This document shows positions 16,326 through 23,450 of a stretch of 26,831 nt of DNA, in pieces; position 1 is the first letter of the stretch; each line of letters begins with the position of its first letter. Origin of the DNA: a virus (Duplodnaviria; Caudoviricetes). The stretch is from IMG/VR virus record IMGVR_UViG_3300010043_000013, positions 1 through 26,831 of that record; one strand, 5' to 3'. The translations under genes were made by a program, and so were the position numbers. The notes below the pieces were generated by a model. That model was not told the origin of the DNA, searched no databases, and saw only the letters and a program-made list of their open reading frames with translations.

Positions 16326-16778
16326 CTACTGCGCCCCTTGCGGGAATCCCCCGCCCATTTCCGCCGGTCCCATGCCCGGCGGCGGTGCAGGCGGGGCTCC
16401 GCCTGCCCCTCCCGCCATTCCCGCAGGCGCCGACCCGGCAAGGGGTGACGGGGGCGGCTGCGCCATCCGCGCACGCGCGGCGGGATCGAGATCCTGATCG
16501 GCGGGTTTTCCGAAGACGCTGTTAAGACTGCGCAATGCGCCCATTACGCCGTTGAATTCCTTGGAGCCGGGGTCGAAGCTGAGCGCCGCCACCTGGATGT
16601 TGCGCATGCAGGCGCGGATTTGGGCCACGGCCGCAGCCTTCACCCCTGCTCCCTGTCCCGGACTGACCATCGGTGTTGGTCCCGGCCCGCCCGCCCCGCC
16701 GATGGGAGAGCCGGGGAGCCTGGGCTGGCCGCCCATGCCTCCCGGCATCATCATTCCTGGTGTGGGACGCAGCGCCAT
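16326..16778 (-). CDS. Pro/Gly/Met-rich protein with a central helical hairpin (150 aa)
   Basis: Fills the gap after the terminator. No obvious SD. Confidence 0.75.
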   Translation of the reverse strand: MALRPTPGMMMPGGMGGQPRLPGSPIGGAGGPGPTPMVSPGQGAGVKAAAVAQIRACMRNIQVAALSFDPGSKEFNGVMGALRSLNSVFGKPADQDLDPAARARMAQPPPSPLAGSAPAGMAGGAGGAPPAPPPGMGPAEMGGGFPQGAQ

Positions 16779-16830
16779 GCACGGGAAAATACACTTAATA
16801 CCACGGCTTGCATAGATCAGTTATATCAAC
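16779..16830 (-). promoter_or_regulatory. AT-rich putative promoter region for the head operon (possibly leaderless)
   Basis: Local AT enrichment. TATTTT lies 7 nt before an SD-less ATG, -35 is poor. Follows a terminator. Confidence 0.3.
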
Positions 16831-16866
16831 ACCAGAGATAGCTGCTGTATCTCCTTGCCGCGCATG

Positions 16867-16893
16867 AAAAAAACCGGCCACGAAGGGCCGGTT
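16867..16893 (-). terminator. Intrinsic terminator
   Basis: AACCGGCC-CTTCGT-GGCCGG followed by T7 on the minus strand. Confidence 0.9.
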
Positions 16894-16927
16894 AGAGAGC
16901 GCGGATATGTGGGGTGGGAACAGGCCT

Positions 16928-16999
16928 TTAGCGGCGGCCTCGCCGGTGACGCCTGCGGCGTTCCTGGGCATTAGCGAGGAGCTTAGTCCACATCAACAT
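16928..16999 (-). CDS. Arg-rich peptide C (23 aa) MLMWTKLLANAQERRRRHRRGRR
   Basis: AAAGGAA SD 5 nt upstream. Overlaps the end of the 105-aa gene and is followed by the terminator. Confidence 0.7.
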   Translation of the reverse strand: MLMWTKLLANAQERRRRHRRGRR

Positions 17000-17300
17000 G
17001 TGCGTTCCTTTCGGTTGCGGGCACTGCTGGACCCTTGCGCTCCTTATTATACAGGGGGTTGTGCAGGTGAGCAAATGTAGAGAGTATGCGTCTGCGTCTA
17101 AGTGTCGGAATTACATCTAACAATGCCAGCGCCGGCAGCAGGCGGGAGCAGTCCTGCTCGGCCTCGCGCAGCGCCCGCTCAAGCTCGGGCAGCGGCCAGT
17201 GGCAACGCACCAAAGTCCGCAGGCATCGCAGTTGTGCGATGCGCTCCGCAGGAGCGACATCTTTTCTGAACGGCCCGAAGGCCTCAGCGGTGCCCGCCAT
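16983..17300 (-). CDS. Hypothetical helical protein (105 aa)
   Basis: Overlaps the portal 3' end, Leu/Arg-rich helical pattern. Confidence 0.7.
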   Translation of the reverse strand: MAGTAEAFGPFRKDVAPAERIAQLRCLRTLVRCHWPLPELERALREAEQDCSRLLPALALLDVIPTLRRRRILSTFAHLHNPLYNKERKGPAVPATERNAHVDVD

Positions 17301-19107
17301 GCCCCGCGGCCTTCTTGCCGGTGATGACGGCGATTCTGTCTTCCGGCGGCAGCGACTGCAGCATCTGCGCCTGCTGGCGCTGCTGCATCTGGAGGCCGTG
17401 CAGGATAGCGTCCCGATTCGGCGGGTGCAGCATGCGCACCAGCATTTCCTTATCGATGGCCGCCGCCTTGATCAGCACCCCGGCCATTTCCCTGGCATCA
17501 TCGATGAACAGCGGCGAGTGCGCATGTGCGGACACTTTCATCCGCAGCTGCGTGGCGATCTGCGCCGGCAGGAAGGCCGGCGCCTCCTGCGGGATGATGG
17601 GCGTATCATCGTTCTTCATCATCAGCTTGACGCCGACGTCACCGATGCGGGTGAGCGAGGGTTCAAGGGCTAACGCCGCCTTCTTGATTCTCCCTGACCC
17701 TGTCCTCGCGGCCTGCTGCGCATGCGCTTTTGACCGAACGCCTTCCGCGCCCTGGCCCATGATAACGTCGGTAAGACCGCTCGCCTCAAGGAAAAACTGA
17801 CCGATCTCGTTGACTTCAGCAAATAGATCAGGAGGCATCTGCGGATGTAATTCTTCGACTTTGGCGTTTGGCATTTGCTCGAGGATATAACTGTCGGCTT
17901 CGCCGAAAGCTGCGAACTTCTCATCGGAGATGCCTGCCATACCGGTCCCGACGCGTGGGGGATACGCCTGACGATCCAGTATGTCGGCGATCTGCTCCAT
18001 GCGTTCATTGAGCCAGTCCTGCAGTCCGGTGAGCGCATCGATGTGGGCCTCTCCCCAGTAGTAGTTCCACTTCCGGTAGGGGCAGATCCTGGTGAACGGG
18101 TGTTCTCCCGGCAAAAACGGATTGCTCTGCGAGATAGTGAAGTCATCATCGCCCGGCGCGTCGGTATCGAACAGCGACACCAGTTCGCCGTCGCCGACGC
18201 GTCGGCGGCGTCTGCGGACGCGACGGGATTTCTCTTCCAACAACTTGCGCATCTTTGCACTGCTCATCATCGCCGCGACGGTCCGCTTGGAGTCTGCAAT
18301 CACAATGTCCGGCTCGATGACGTGAAAGATTCTGTAATCATTGGTCGTGGAGTCCCACGCCCACAGTTCATCGAACAGCACCATGGGATGTTGCGTTCTG
18401 GCCTGATAATTGTCTGTCGGTGTGTAGTCTGGATTCACCGATCCGATCATATTGCCTGAGAGGTTCATGCCTCCGGTACCGGCAATAATGAGTCTCGTCA
18501 GCATATCCGGGAACGGCATCGGCCGTGCTTCCTGCACGGTCGAGATGCGCTCGATATCGCTGCCGCGGCCGGCGCGAACCAGCCGCTGTACCGCATCGTA
18601 GTATTCCAGCGGGTACGTATGGCAGAACGCCTCCTGTGCATCCAGATTCGGAATGTCCTCACGAAACACACCGAATTCAGCCGGCGAGATAAGCGTCGCA
18701 TATCCTTCCTTGGCGACTTCGTTCCATCCCTGTTTGACATGCATGGTGTTATAGACAAGCGACCACAGGATGCCGTCCATCATCAGGTCATTGAGGCCCC
18801 ACGCCTGGAAGTCCTCATTGAATTCGTCCTGCAGGGCGATCACCTGGCGCACCACCTGCTCGGGCGCATTGGCCTGGGCGGCGATCTGATAGAACGCATG
18901 GTCGGGGCTGTAGAGAAAGCTGCTCACCAGATCGAGGTGGCTCTTGATCCGGTTATACCTGACCGGATCGGACCCTGCGGCGCCGAACAGATAGTAGCGC
19001 TCTCGCCGATCGCAGACATGGGATCGGTCCCGCTGCGTTTCCTTGCAGCGCTGGATCAGCCACATCACGCGGGCGCACAAATCATCCCAGTTATCGGGGA
19101 AGATCAT
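17284..19107 (-). CDS. Portal (head-tail connector) protein (607 aa)
   Basis: Size and position after the terminase. Motifs RYNRIKSHLD, HPFTRICPY....YYWG.A.ID.L..LQD.LN, SGLTDVIMG, Gln-rich C-terminus. Confidence 0.9.
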   Translation of the reverse strand: MIFPDNWDDLCARVMWLIQRCKETQRDRSHVCDRRERYYLFGAAGSDPVRYNRIKSHLDLVSSFLYSPDHAFYQIAAQANAPEQVVRQVIALQDEFNEDFQAWGLNDLMMDGILWSLVYNTMHVKQGWNEVAKEGYATLISPAEFGVFREDIPNLDAQEAFCHTYPLEYYDAVQRLVRAGRGSDIERISTVQEARPMPFPDMLTRLIIAGTGGMNLSGNMIGSVNPDYTPTDNYQARTQHPMVLFDELWAWDSTTNDYRIFHVIEPDIVIADSKRTVAAMMSSAKMRKLLEEKSRRVRRRRRRVGDGELVSLFDTDAPGDDDFTISQSNPFLPGEHPFTRICPYRKWNYYWGEAHIDALTGLQDWLNERMEQIADILDRQAYPPRVGTGMAGISDEKFAAFGEADSYILEQMPNAKVEELHPQMPPDLFAEVNEIGQFFLEASGLTDVIMGQGAEGVRSKAHAQQAARTGSGRIKKAALALEPSLTRIGDVGVKLMMKNDDTPIIPQEAPAFLPAQIATQLRMKVSAHAHSPLFIDDAREMAGVLIKAAAIDKEMLVRMLHPPNRDAILHGLQMQQRQQAQMLQSLPPEDRIAVITGKKAAGHGGHR

Positions 19108-19149
19108 ACATCACCAAGGCCGGCTTCGCCGGCTCCGACACTAGTTGCT

Positions 19150-19308
19150 TCATGGGGCAGCTCTCAGCAATGGTGCCAGCACCCAGTTAGGGGCAAACGG
19201 CTGGCGGTTGGCCCAGTCCTCTGCGACCTTGGCGGACTCGAAGGGACCGTAGAAAGAAAAGCCTTCGTTCACGCTCCCCGTCGCTATGATCCAATCCTGA
19301 TCGCTCAC
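19150..19308 (-). CDS. Small hypothetical protein (52 aa) MSDQDWIIATGSVNEGFSFYGPFESAKVAEDWA...
   Basis: GTGA overlap with the upstream gene. YGPF.S...A..W pattern seen in small phage proteins. Confidence 0.7.
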   Translation of the reverse strand: MSDQDWIIATGSVNEGFSFYGPFESAKVAEDWANRQPFAPNWVLAPLLRAAP

Positions 19309-19760
19309 GGCTTATACGCTTTCCGCATCGTCTTCCAGTTACTTGCCCCGATCTGCGGCCCTGCCTGGAATTGCGGGGTGAGCTGCTTCTCGGCCTCCAT
19401 CTTGACCTTGAAATCGACCTTAGACCTGCTGGGCTCGCAGGTGGCTCGTCCGCCGGTATGGAATGGTGCGGCAAATCCGGGGGCGAAGTTCAGCACCGGG
19501 CCGTCCGCGACCGGCATATCATGTTTGGGCATGGCGCGCCCGAGTGTCCTGCTGGGCGAATTGCCCATGTCGCTCATGCCGTAAGACTTGGCCAATGCCT
19601 TCAGGCTGGCATCCAGCGCTTTCGTGGTGCCGACATGTCCTCCTCCCGGCACCCACCCCACCGCGACACAGCCGCAGGCGGGGCAGGCGGGCGCGCCGTC
19701 CCATGAGTCGAAGGAGTGCCGGCAGCGTTTGTTCTTACATTGCCACGAGCGAAGGACCAT
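19305..19760 (-). CDS. Zinc-ribbon (FmdB-like) protein
   Basis: WQCKNKRCRHSFD...CPACGC. ATG 19760 with GGTGA SD preferred over GTG 19769. Confidence 0.75.
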   Translation of the reverse strand: MVLRSWQCKNKRCRHSFDSWDGAPACPACGCVAVGWVPGGGHVGTTKALDASLKALAKSYGMSDMGNSPSRTLGRAMPKHDMPVADGPVLNFAPGFAAPFHTGGRATCEPSRSKVDFKVKMEAEKQLTPQFQAGPQIGASNWKTMRKAYKP

Positions 19761-19772
19761 GCTAATCACCCA

Positions 19773-19793
19773 CTGTAGTACCCCATACTACAG
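19773..19793. promoter_or_regulatory. Perfect inverted repeat CTGTAGTA-N5-TACTACAG (operator-like or hairpin)
   Basis: 8-bp perfect arms in an intergenic gap. A second hairpin lies at 19803-19834. Confidence 0.5.
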
Positions 19794-19831
19794 CATGATG
19801 ACTAAGCCGCTGCTGGCCCCTCCACGGCGGC

Positions 19832-20356
19832 TTATTCTTTTGGGCTGGCCAGCTCCAGCCAATGTCTTATATTCCGTTCCCACGCCCGCCGCATGACCAG
19901 CGGATCGGACGACATCTCCTCTTCGAATGTCACTTCCGGAGCGCGTGCCCAGCCTATTCTCTGGAACACTTCGTTTTCAGACGGCGACAGCGATTTGAAC
20001 CACAATCTGCCGTTCTGGACGCTTGGGCGGAAGTCGCGATTAGCGATCAGCTTGCTGAGCACGCCGTGGCGTTCATCGATTCTTCCGAGGCCTGTGGCTG
20101 GTAGTCCGCGGGTGATATTCTGATTGGCGGCCGGTGGCGAAGGTCCGCGCTGCAACAACGGCTCCACGCTGTTCCATCCGATGGCTGGCGGTTCCGCCGC
20201 CATCGACATCGGCACGCGCACCGCCGGTCCCGGCACCTGTGGGGCGCCGCCGTAATACTTCCCACTTCCTCTCACTGCCGCCAGCGCATCGTGCAGCGGC
20301 TGCGGCAGCAGGGGATGCAGCCAGGAGGGGAGCAGCGGGTCGTCATCATTTGGCAA
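19832..20356 (-). CDS. Hypothetical protein (174 aa)
   Basis: GAGGTG SD, overlaps the terminase end. Confidence 0.7.
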   Translation of the reverse strand: MPNDDDPLLPSWLHPLLPQPLHDALAAVRGSGKYYGGAPQVPGPAVRVPMSMAAEPPAIGWNSVEPLLQRGPSPPAANQNITRGLPATGLGRIDERHGVLSKLIANRDFRPSVQNGRLWFKSLSPSENEVFQRIGWARAPEVTFEEEMSSDPLVMRRAWERNIRHWLELASPKE

Positions 20357-22265
20357 GTGGCGGCACCTCTTTGAAGCCGATATTCTGGCGGCGCAGGAAT
20401 CCGGTGATGATTCTGTTCACCTGTGATTCACCGTGGTTCTTTTCGACCACCGCACTATGTTCCTTGGTCATCCGCATGTTCATCAAGCGGGTACGCAACC
20501 ATTTATTGTACGCCTCCCAGGCGAGTGCGCCGGCGATCACCCGGTCATCCTTGGCGGCGCCTTCGGCCGAAATATATCCACCATCATTGATGATCCTTCT
20601 CATTTCCTCCAGCATGGGGACACTGCGGATCTGCACCCTGCCGAGCTCGAAGGCATCCTTGAACCTTGCCATGATCATGGGTTTGAGCTGCTCGCTCATG
20701 ACCCACTGATACACCATGTCACCGGACCCGACGTTATCAATGCGCTGATAGAAGAAGTGATGCATGCGGTTGAGGCAATTGCGGAGTTCCTGATTATCCG
20801 GGGTGGGGGCCATGTGCTGCAGGTCGCGTTTGACCTGTTGCAACTCGGCGAACACCGCCTTGCCGGGTCCGTTCATTTCCAATATCACCCTGCATTCCGT
20901 CTGCCCATAGAAGCCGGCCAGGTGAGCGAGCACCCACGCCGTCTGATACATACTCAAGCTGCTACTGGCGAACTCGGCGACCTGCTCCATGCCTTCGGCG
21001 AATGCTCTCCACACCTGAATGACGTTTTTGTCCGCGGTATCGCTCGAGCCATAAGCGGGATCGCAAGACAGCACGTAGTATCCGTATCGGCTTGCATGCT
21101 GCCACAGCAGGAGCTCGGCATCGCGATACGGATGAGACACGACCTGTATCGTCTCCCACTTATTGCCCATCCTGTACCTGTACTTCATCGCCCCGAAGTG
21201 GCGGGCGGCCCGGATGGCTGCCGTGAGGTCGGTGCTGTGGAAGTACTTGGCGCCCGTCGCTTGGAAACAGTCATCCGCCGTCCACGGGACTTCCTGGTCC
21301 ATGAGCGCTTGGTCGTTCTGTTTCTTTTCGCTGAGATGCCACCTGTACCACGCCAGCTGCTGCAATGAGACATCGTAGCCATATTCCGCCTTCACTGCAC
21401 GCACGCGCTCGCGTTCCAGCCTGGTAATGGAAGCGTCGGGCATAAAATACTTGTAGAACGGATGATCGGTGGCGAACTGATTGCGCTCATCTCTCCACCA
21501 ACCAACGAAAATGCAGCGCTTTGTCTTTGAGCGCAGCGCATCCTGCCACTGCTCTTCCCACCAGTTAAAGCCGTTAGCTGTTGTCTCTTGTATGCTCATA
21601 CGGTGAGGATAGATGGTGGAGGTCGTGGATTCGAATGCAGCAACGTCTTCCTCGTTCCCGTAGAACGCAGCCTCAGTCATATGCACGTAGTTGGAGGCAC
21701 CCGACCGCCCGAGGCCGCCCTTGCGGTTTTCCTGGGTCCCTGCTATCAAGTAGCGGAACCGAGAGCCATTTTTCCAGGCAATAATGTTACGGTTGTGATG
21801 CAACAATTCCGGCTTTAGCCGAACCATCTGGCCACCGATGCGAGCTTTGCGCGGAATCTCATCGTAGAAAATCTCGATCGTGTTCCTCCAATCATCGCGA
21901 GCCTGCTCCTGGTGTAGTATGAAGGTTCCAAGCAAACCTTTATGCTCAAATGCCCAGAACACGTCTAAAGCAATAAAAAACGTTGTGCAGCCGCACTGAC
22001 GATTTTTCAAAATCAGAAAATCTGTTATCCCGTCCGCCTTTCCCTTGCACAGCTCGTCGAGGATATACCATTGGCTGCCGAGCAGCCTGAATGGGACGAC
22101 ACCCATGTCCTTGCTGAGAATCTTCAGCTTGGACACGAATTTCAGGAAGCGCTCGCGCGGGAACGGCGCGACCTGTCCCCGCGAGAGCTTACCGATATCA
22201 AACGCGGAATCTGCCGCGGCGTGCATCAGGTGGCCTTGTGAGTGCGTCGGCGATTGACCAGCCAT
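20346..22265 (-). CDS. terL: Terminase large subunit
   Basis: Walker A-like LILKNRQCGCTT, Walker B-like VHMTEAAF, coupling motif ETTANG, FVGWW, nuclease residues in SCDPAYG and KDDRVIA. Exact start uncertain. Confidence 0.95.
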   Translation of the reverse strand: MAGQSPTHSQGHLMHAAADSAFDIGKLSRGQVAPFPRERFLKFVSKLKILSKDMGVVPFRLLGSQWYILDELCKGKADGITDFLILKNRQCGCTTFFIALDVFWAFEHKGLLGTFILHQEQARDDWRNTIEIFYDEIPRKARIGGQMVRLKPELLHHNRNIIAWKNGSRFRYLIAGTQENRKGGLGRSGASNYVHMTEAAFYGNEEDVAAFESTTSTIYPHRMSIQETTANGFNWWEEQWQDALRSKTKRCIFVGWWRDERNQFATDHPFYKYFMPDASITRLERERVRAVKAEYGYDVSLQQLAWYRWHLSEKKQNDQALMDQEVPWTADDCFQATGAKYFHSTDLTAAIRAARHFGAMKYRYRMGNKWETIQVVSHPYRDAELLLWQHASRYGYYVLSCDPAYGSSDTADKNVIQVWRAFAEGMEQVAEFASSSLSMYQTAWVLAHLAGFYGQTECRVILEMNGPGKAVFAELQQVKRDLQHMAPTPDNQELRNCLNRMHHFFYQRIDNVGSGDMVYQWVMSEQLKPMIMARFKDAFELGRVQIRSVPMLEEMRRIINDGGYISAEGAAKDDRVIAGALAWEAYNKWLRTRLMNMRMTKEHSAVVEKNHGESQVNRIITGFLRRQNIGFKEVPPLAK

Positions 22266-22296
22266 TTTTCAGGCGGCTCTTCAACCGAGGTTGAGC

Positions 22297-22461
22297 TTAG
22301 ATATCTTCTCTCCGCTTGAAGTGCTTGCACCACATGCGCGGGTCGATGGCACCCTCCACCATGGTACACACCCCTATCCGATAATGGGCGCACATGCCGC
22401 AGCGCTCGGCCGAATTGGATGGCTCGCTGTAATTCGCCTGCTGTTTGGTATCCTTAGCCAT
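22297..22461 (-). CDS. HiPIP-like small Cys4 protein (54 aa); start corrected to ATG 22461
   Basis: MAKDTKQQANYSEPSNSAERCGMCAHYRIGVCTMVEGAIDPRMWCKHF: Y...CxxC..Y.x4C..V.G.I.P..WC..F pattern. Confidence 0.7.
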   Translation of the reverse strand: MAKDTKQQANYSEPSNSAERCGMCAHYRIGVCTMVEGAIDPRMWCKHFKRREDI

Positions 22462-22633
22462 CACGGTTTCCCCACAGCCTGCGCAATCGCTCCACTTCCG
22501 CCTCCAGCTCCGCCACGCGGGCGCGTTCAGCTTCCAGCATATTGCCGCGAACACTGACTTCCATCTTGAGCCGCTCGTTCTCGGCGCGGAGGTCGGCAGC
22601 CTCCGTGCGCAGCCTCTCGACGATGTCGCTCAC
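22454..22633 (-). CDS. Small coiled-coil protein (59 aa) MSDIVERLRTEAADLRAENERLK...
   Basis: GTG start with GAGGA SD, heptad pattern. Confidence 0.75.
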   Translation of the reverse strand: MSDIVERLRTEAADLRAENERLKMEVSVRGNMLEAERARVAELEAEVERLRRLWGNRDG

Positions 22634-22685
22634 GGCTTCCTCGCAAATGGCGGCACCTTCCCTCCCTCAGGCGAGCTTCGCTCGC

Positions 22686-22739
22686 TGGACGTGGTCCGTA
22701 CCGGATCTGTGTGAGATTCCGGTAAGGACCTGCGGTCCA
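22686..22739. repeat. Two inverted copies of the hairpin+tail element forming a 54-nt imperfect palindrome
   Basis: TGGAC-GTG-GTCC-GTACCGGATCT (+) facing TGGACC-GCA-GGTCC-TTACCGGAATCTCA (-). Adjacent hairpin GCGAGC-TTC-GCTCGC at 22671-22685. Confidence 0.7.
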
Positions 22740-22745
22740 CCGACA

Positions 22746-22970
22746 CTATTTGCCTTTGGCAAATGGCATTGGCGGCATGCCCTCCGTGCCCTTCTCGCGT
22801 TCCCTGATCTTATCGACCAGCATCATCCGCTGCTCGTACTCCTGGGCCTGCCGGCGGAAGCGCATCACCTGGCGCTCGGCCACCCTCTCGGCGCGCGTCC
22901 TCCTCATCCCGGCCATCTCCTCGAGGATTCGTACCTTGCGCATTGAGTTGTGCTCCGTAAGGCGCGCCAT
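22746..22970 (-). CDS. Charged helical hypothetical protein (74 aa)
   Basis: Arg/Glu/Met-rich helix. Overlapped by the tail of the 118-aa ORF. Confidence 0.55.
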   Translation of the reverse strand: MARLTEHNSMRKVRILEEMAGMRRTRAERVAERQVMRFRRQAQEYEQRMMLVDKIREREKGTEGMPPMPFAKGK

Positions 22971-23166
22971 TCTTCGCGCTCATCAAGAGGGCAAGCGCAA
23001 GAGCTGCCCGCGCTCTGCCGTCCCACACATCGTTATCCGGCAGTTCCTCGTTCGCCAGTATTGCCATCGCGCGGTCAATCCAGTGATGCAGCCGCTCGAT
23101 TTCGTCTGCGACCTCCTGTGCGAACTCATGCATGGCGCGCCGCAGGCTGTCGCTCATGTCGCTCAT
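22810..23166 (-). CDS. Hypothetical protein, ADEIERL-type (118 aa; C-terminal half probably run-on)
   Basis: GAGG SD, EVADEIERL motif. Confidence 0.55.
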   Translation of the reverse strand: MSDMSDSLRRAMHEFAQEVADEIERLHHWIDRAMAILANEELPDNDVWDGRARAALALALLMSAKNGAPYGAQLNAQGTNPRGDGRDEEDARREGGRAPGDALPPAGPGVRAADDAGR

Positions 23167-23174
23167 AGCCTCTT

Positions 23175-23387
23175 TCAGCCTTTCCGCAGCATATCACTTG
23201 CCAATCGCAGTTCCCGCCGCAACTCTTCGATCTCAGCGATCGCATCTCTCACGGTGTTCTTATCATCACGCAGGCGTTCGATCTCGTCCGCGGCCTCATT
23301 GAACCGGCGAACCACATATTCTTCGCGCATTCCTCTGTCGCCGGCTGCGTAATCTCGCAGAAAGTCAACGATGTCATCGTAGCTCAT
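23175..23387 (-). CDS. Small coiled-coil protein, EAADEIERLR-type (70 aa)
   Basis: DIVDFLR...EAADEIERLR motif, ATGA-coupled start. Confidence 0.75.
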   Translation of the reverse strand: MSYDDIVDFLRDYAAGDRGMREEYVVRRFNEAADEIERLRDDKNTVRDAIAEIEELRRELRLASDMLRKG

Positions 23388-23450
23388 AGTCCGGTCGTCC
23401 GCATGTTTCTCATGCCAGTTGCCTCATTGCGGCGCGGCCGATGAACTCAT
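23384..23450 (-). other. Chain of three overlap-coupled mini-ORFs (MSSSAAPQ, MRQLA, MRNMRTTGL)
   Basis: TGATG, ATGA, ATGA, ATGA junctions read directly from the sequence. Confidence 0.55.

Noticed and set aside
19773-19793. LexA (SOS) box
   Set aside because: Spacing is CTGT-N13-ACAG, not the CTGT-N8-ACAG of the E. coli-type box.
13734-22290. 11-nt inverted match TTCAACCGAGG at 13734-13744 and 22280-22290
   Set aside because: 11-mer matches are expected many times by chance in 27 kb.
10025-22739. CRISPR array or diversity-generating retroelement as explanation for the repeats
   Set aside because: No regularly spaced repeats, cas genes, reverse transcriptase or adenine-specific TR/VR pair seen.
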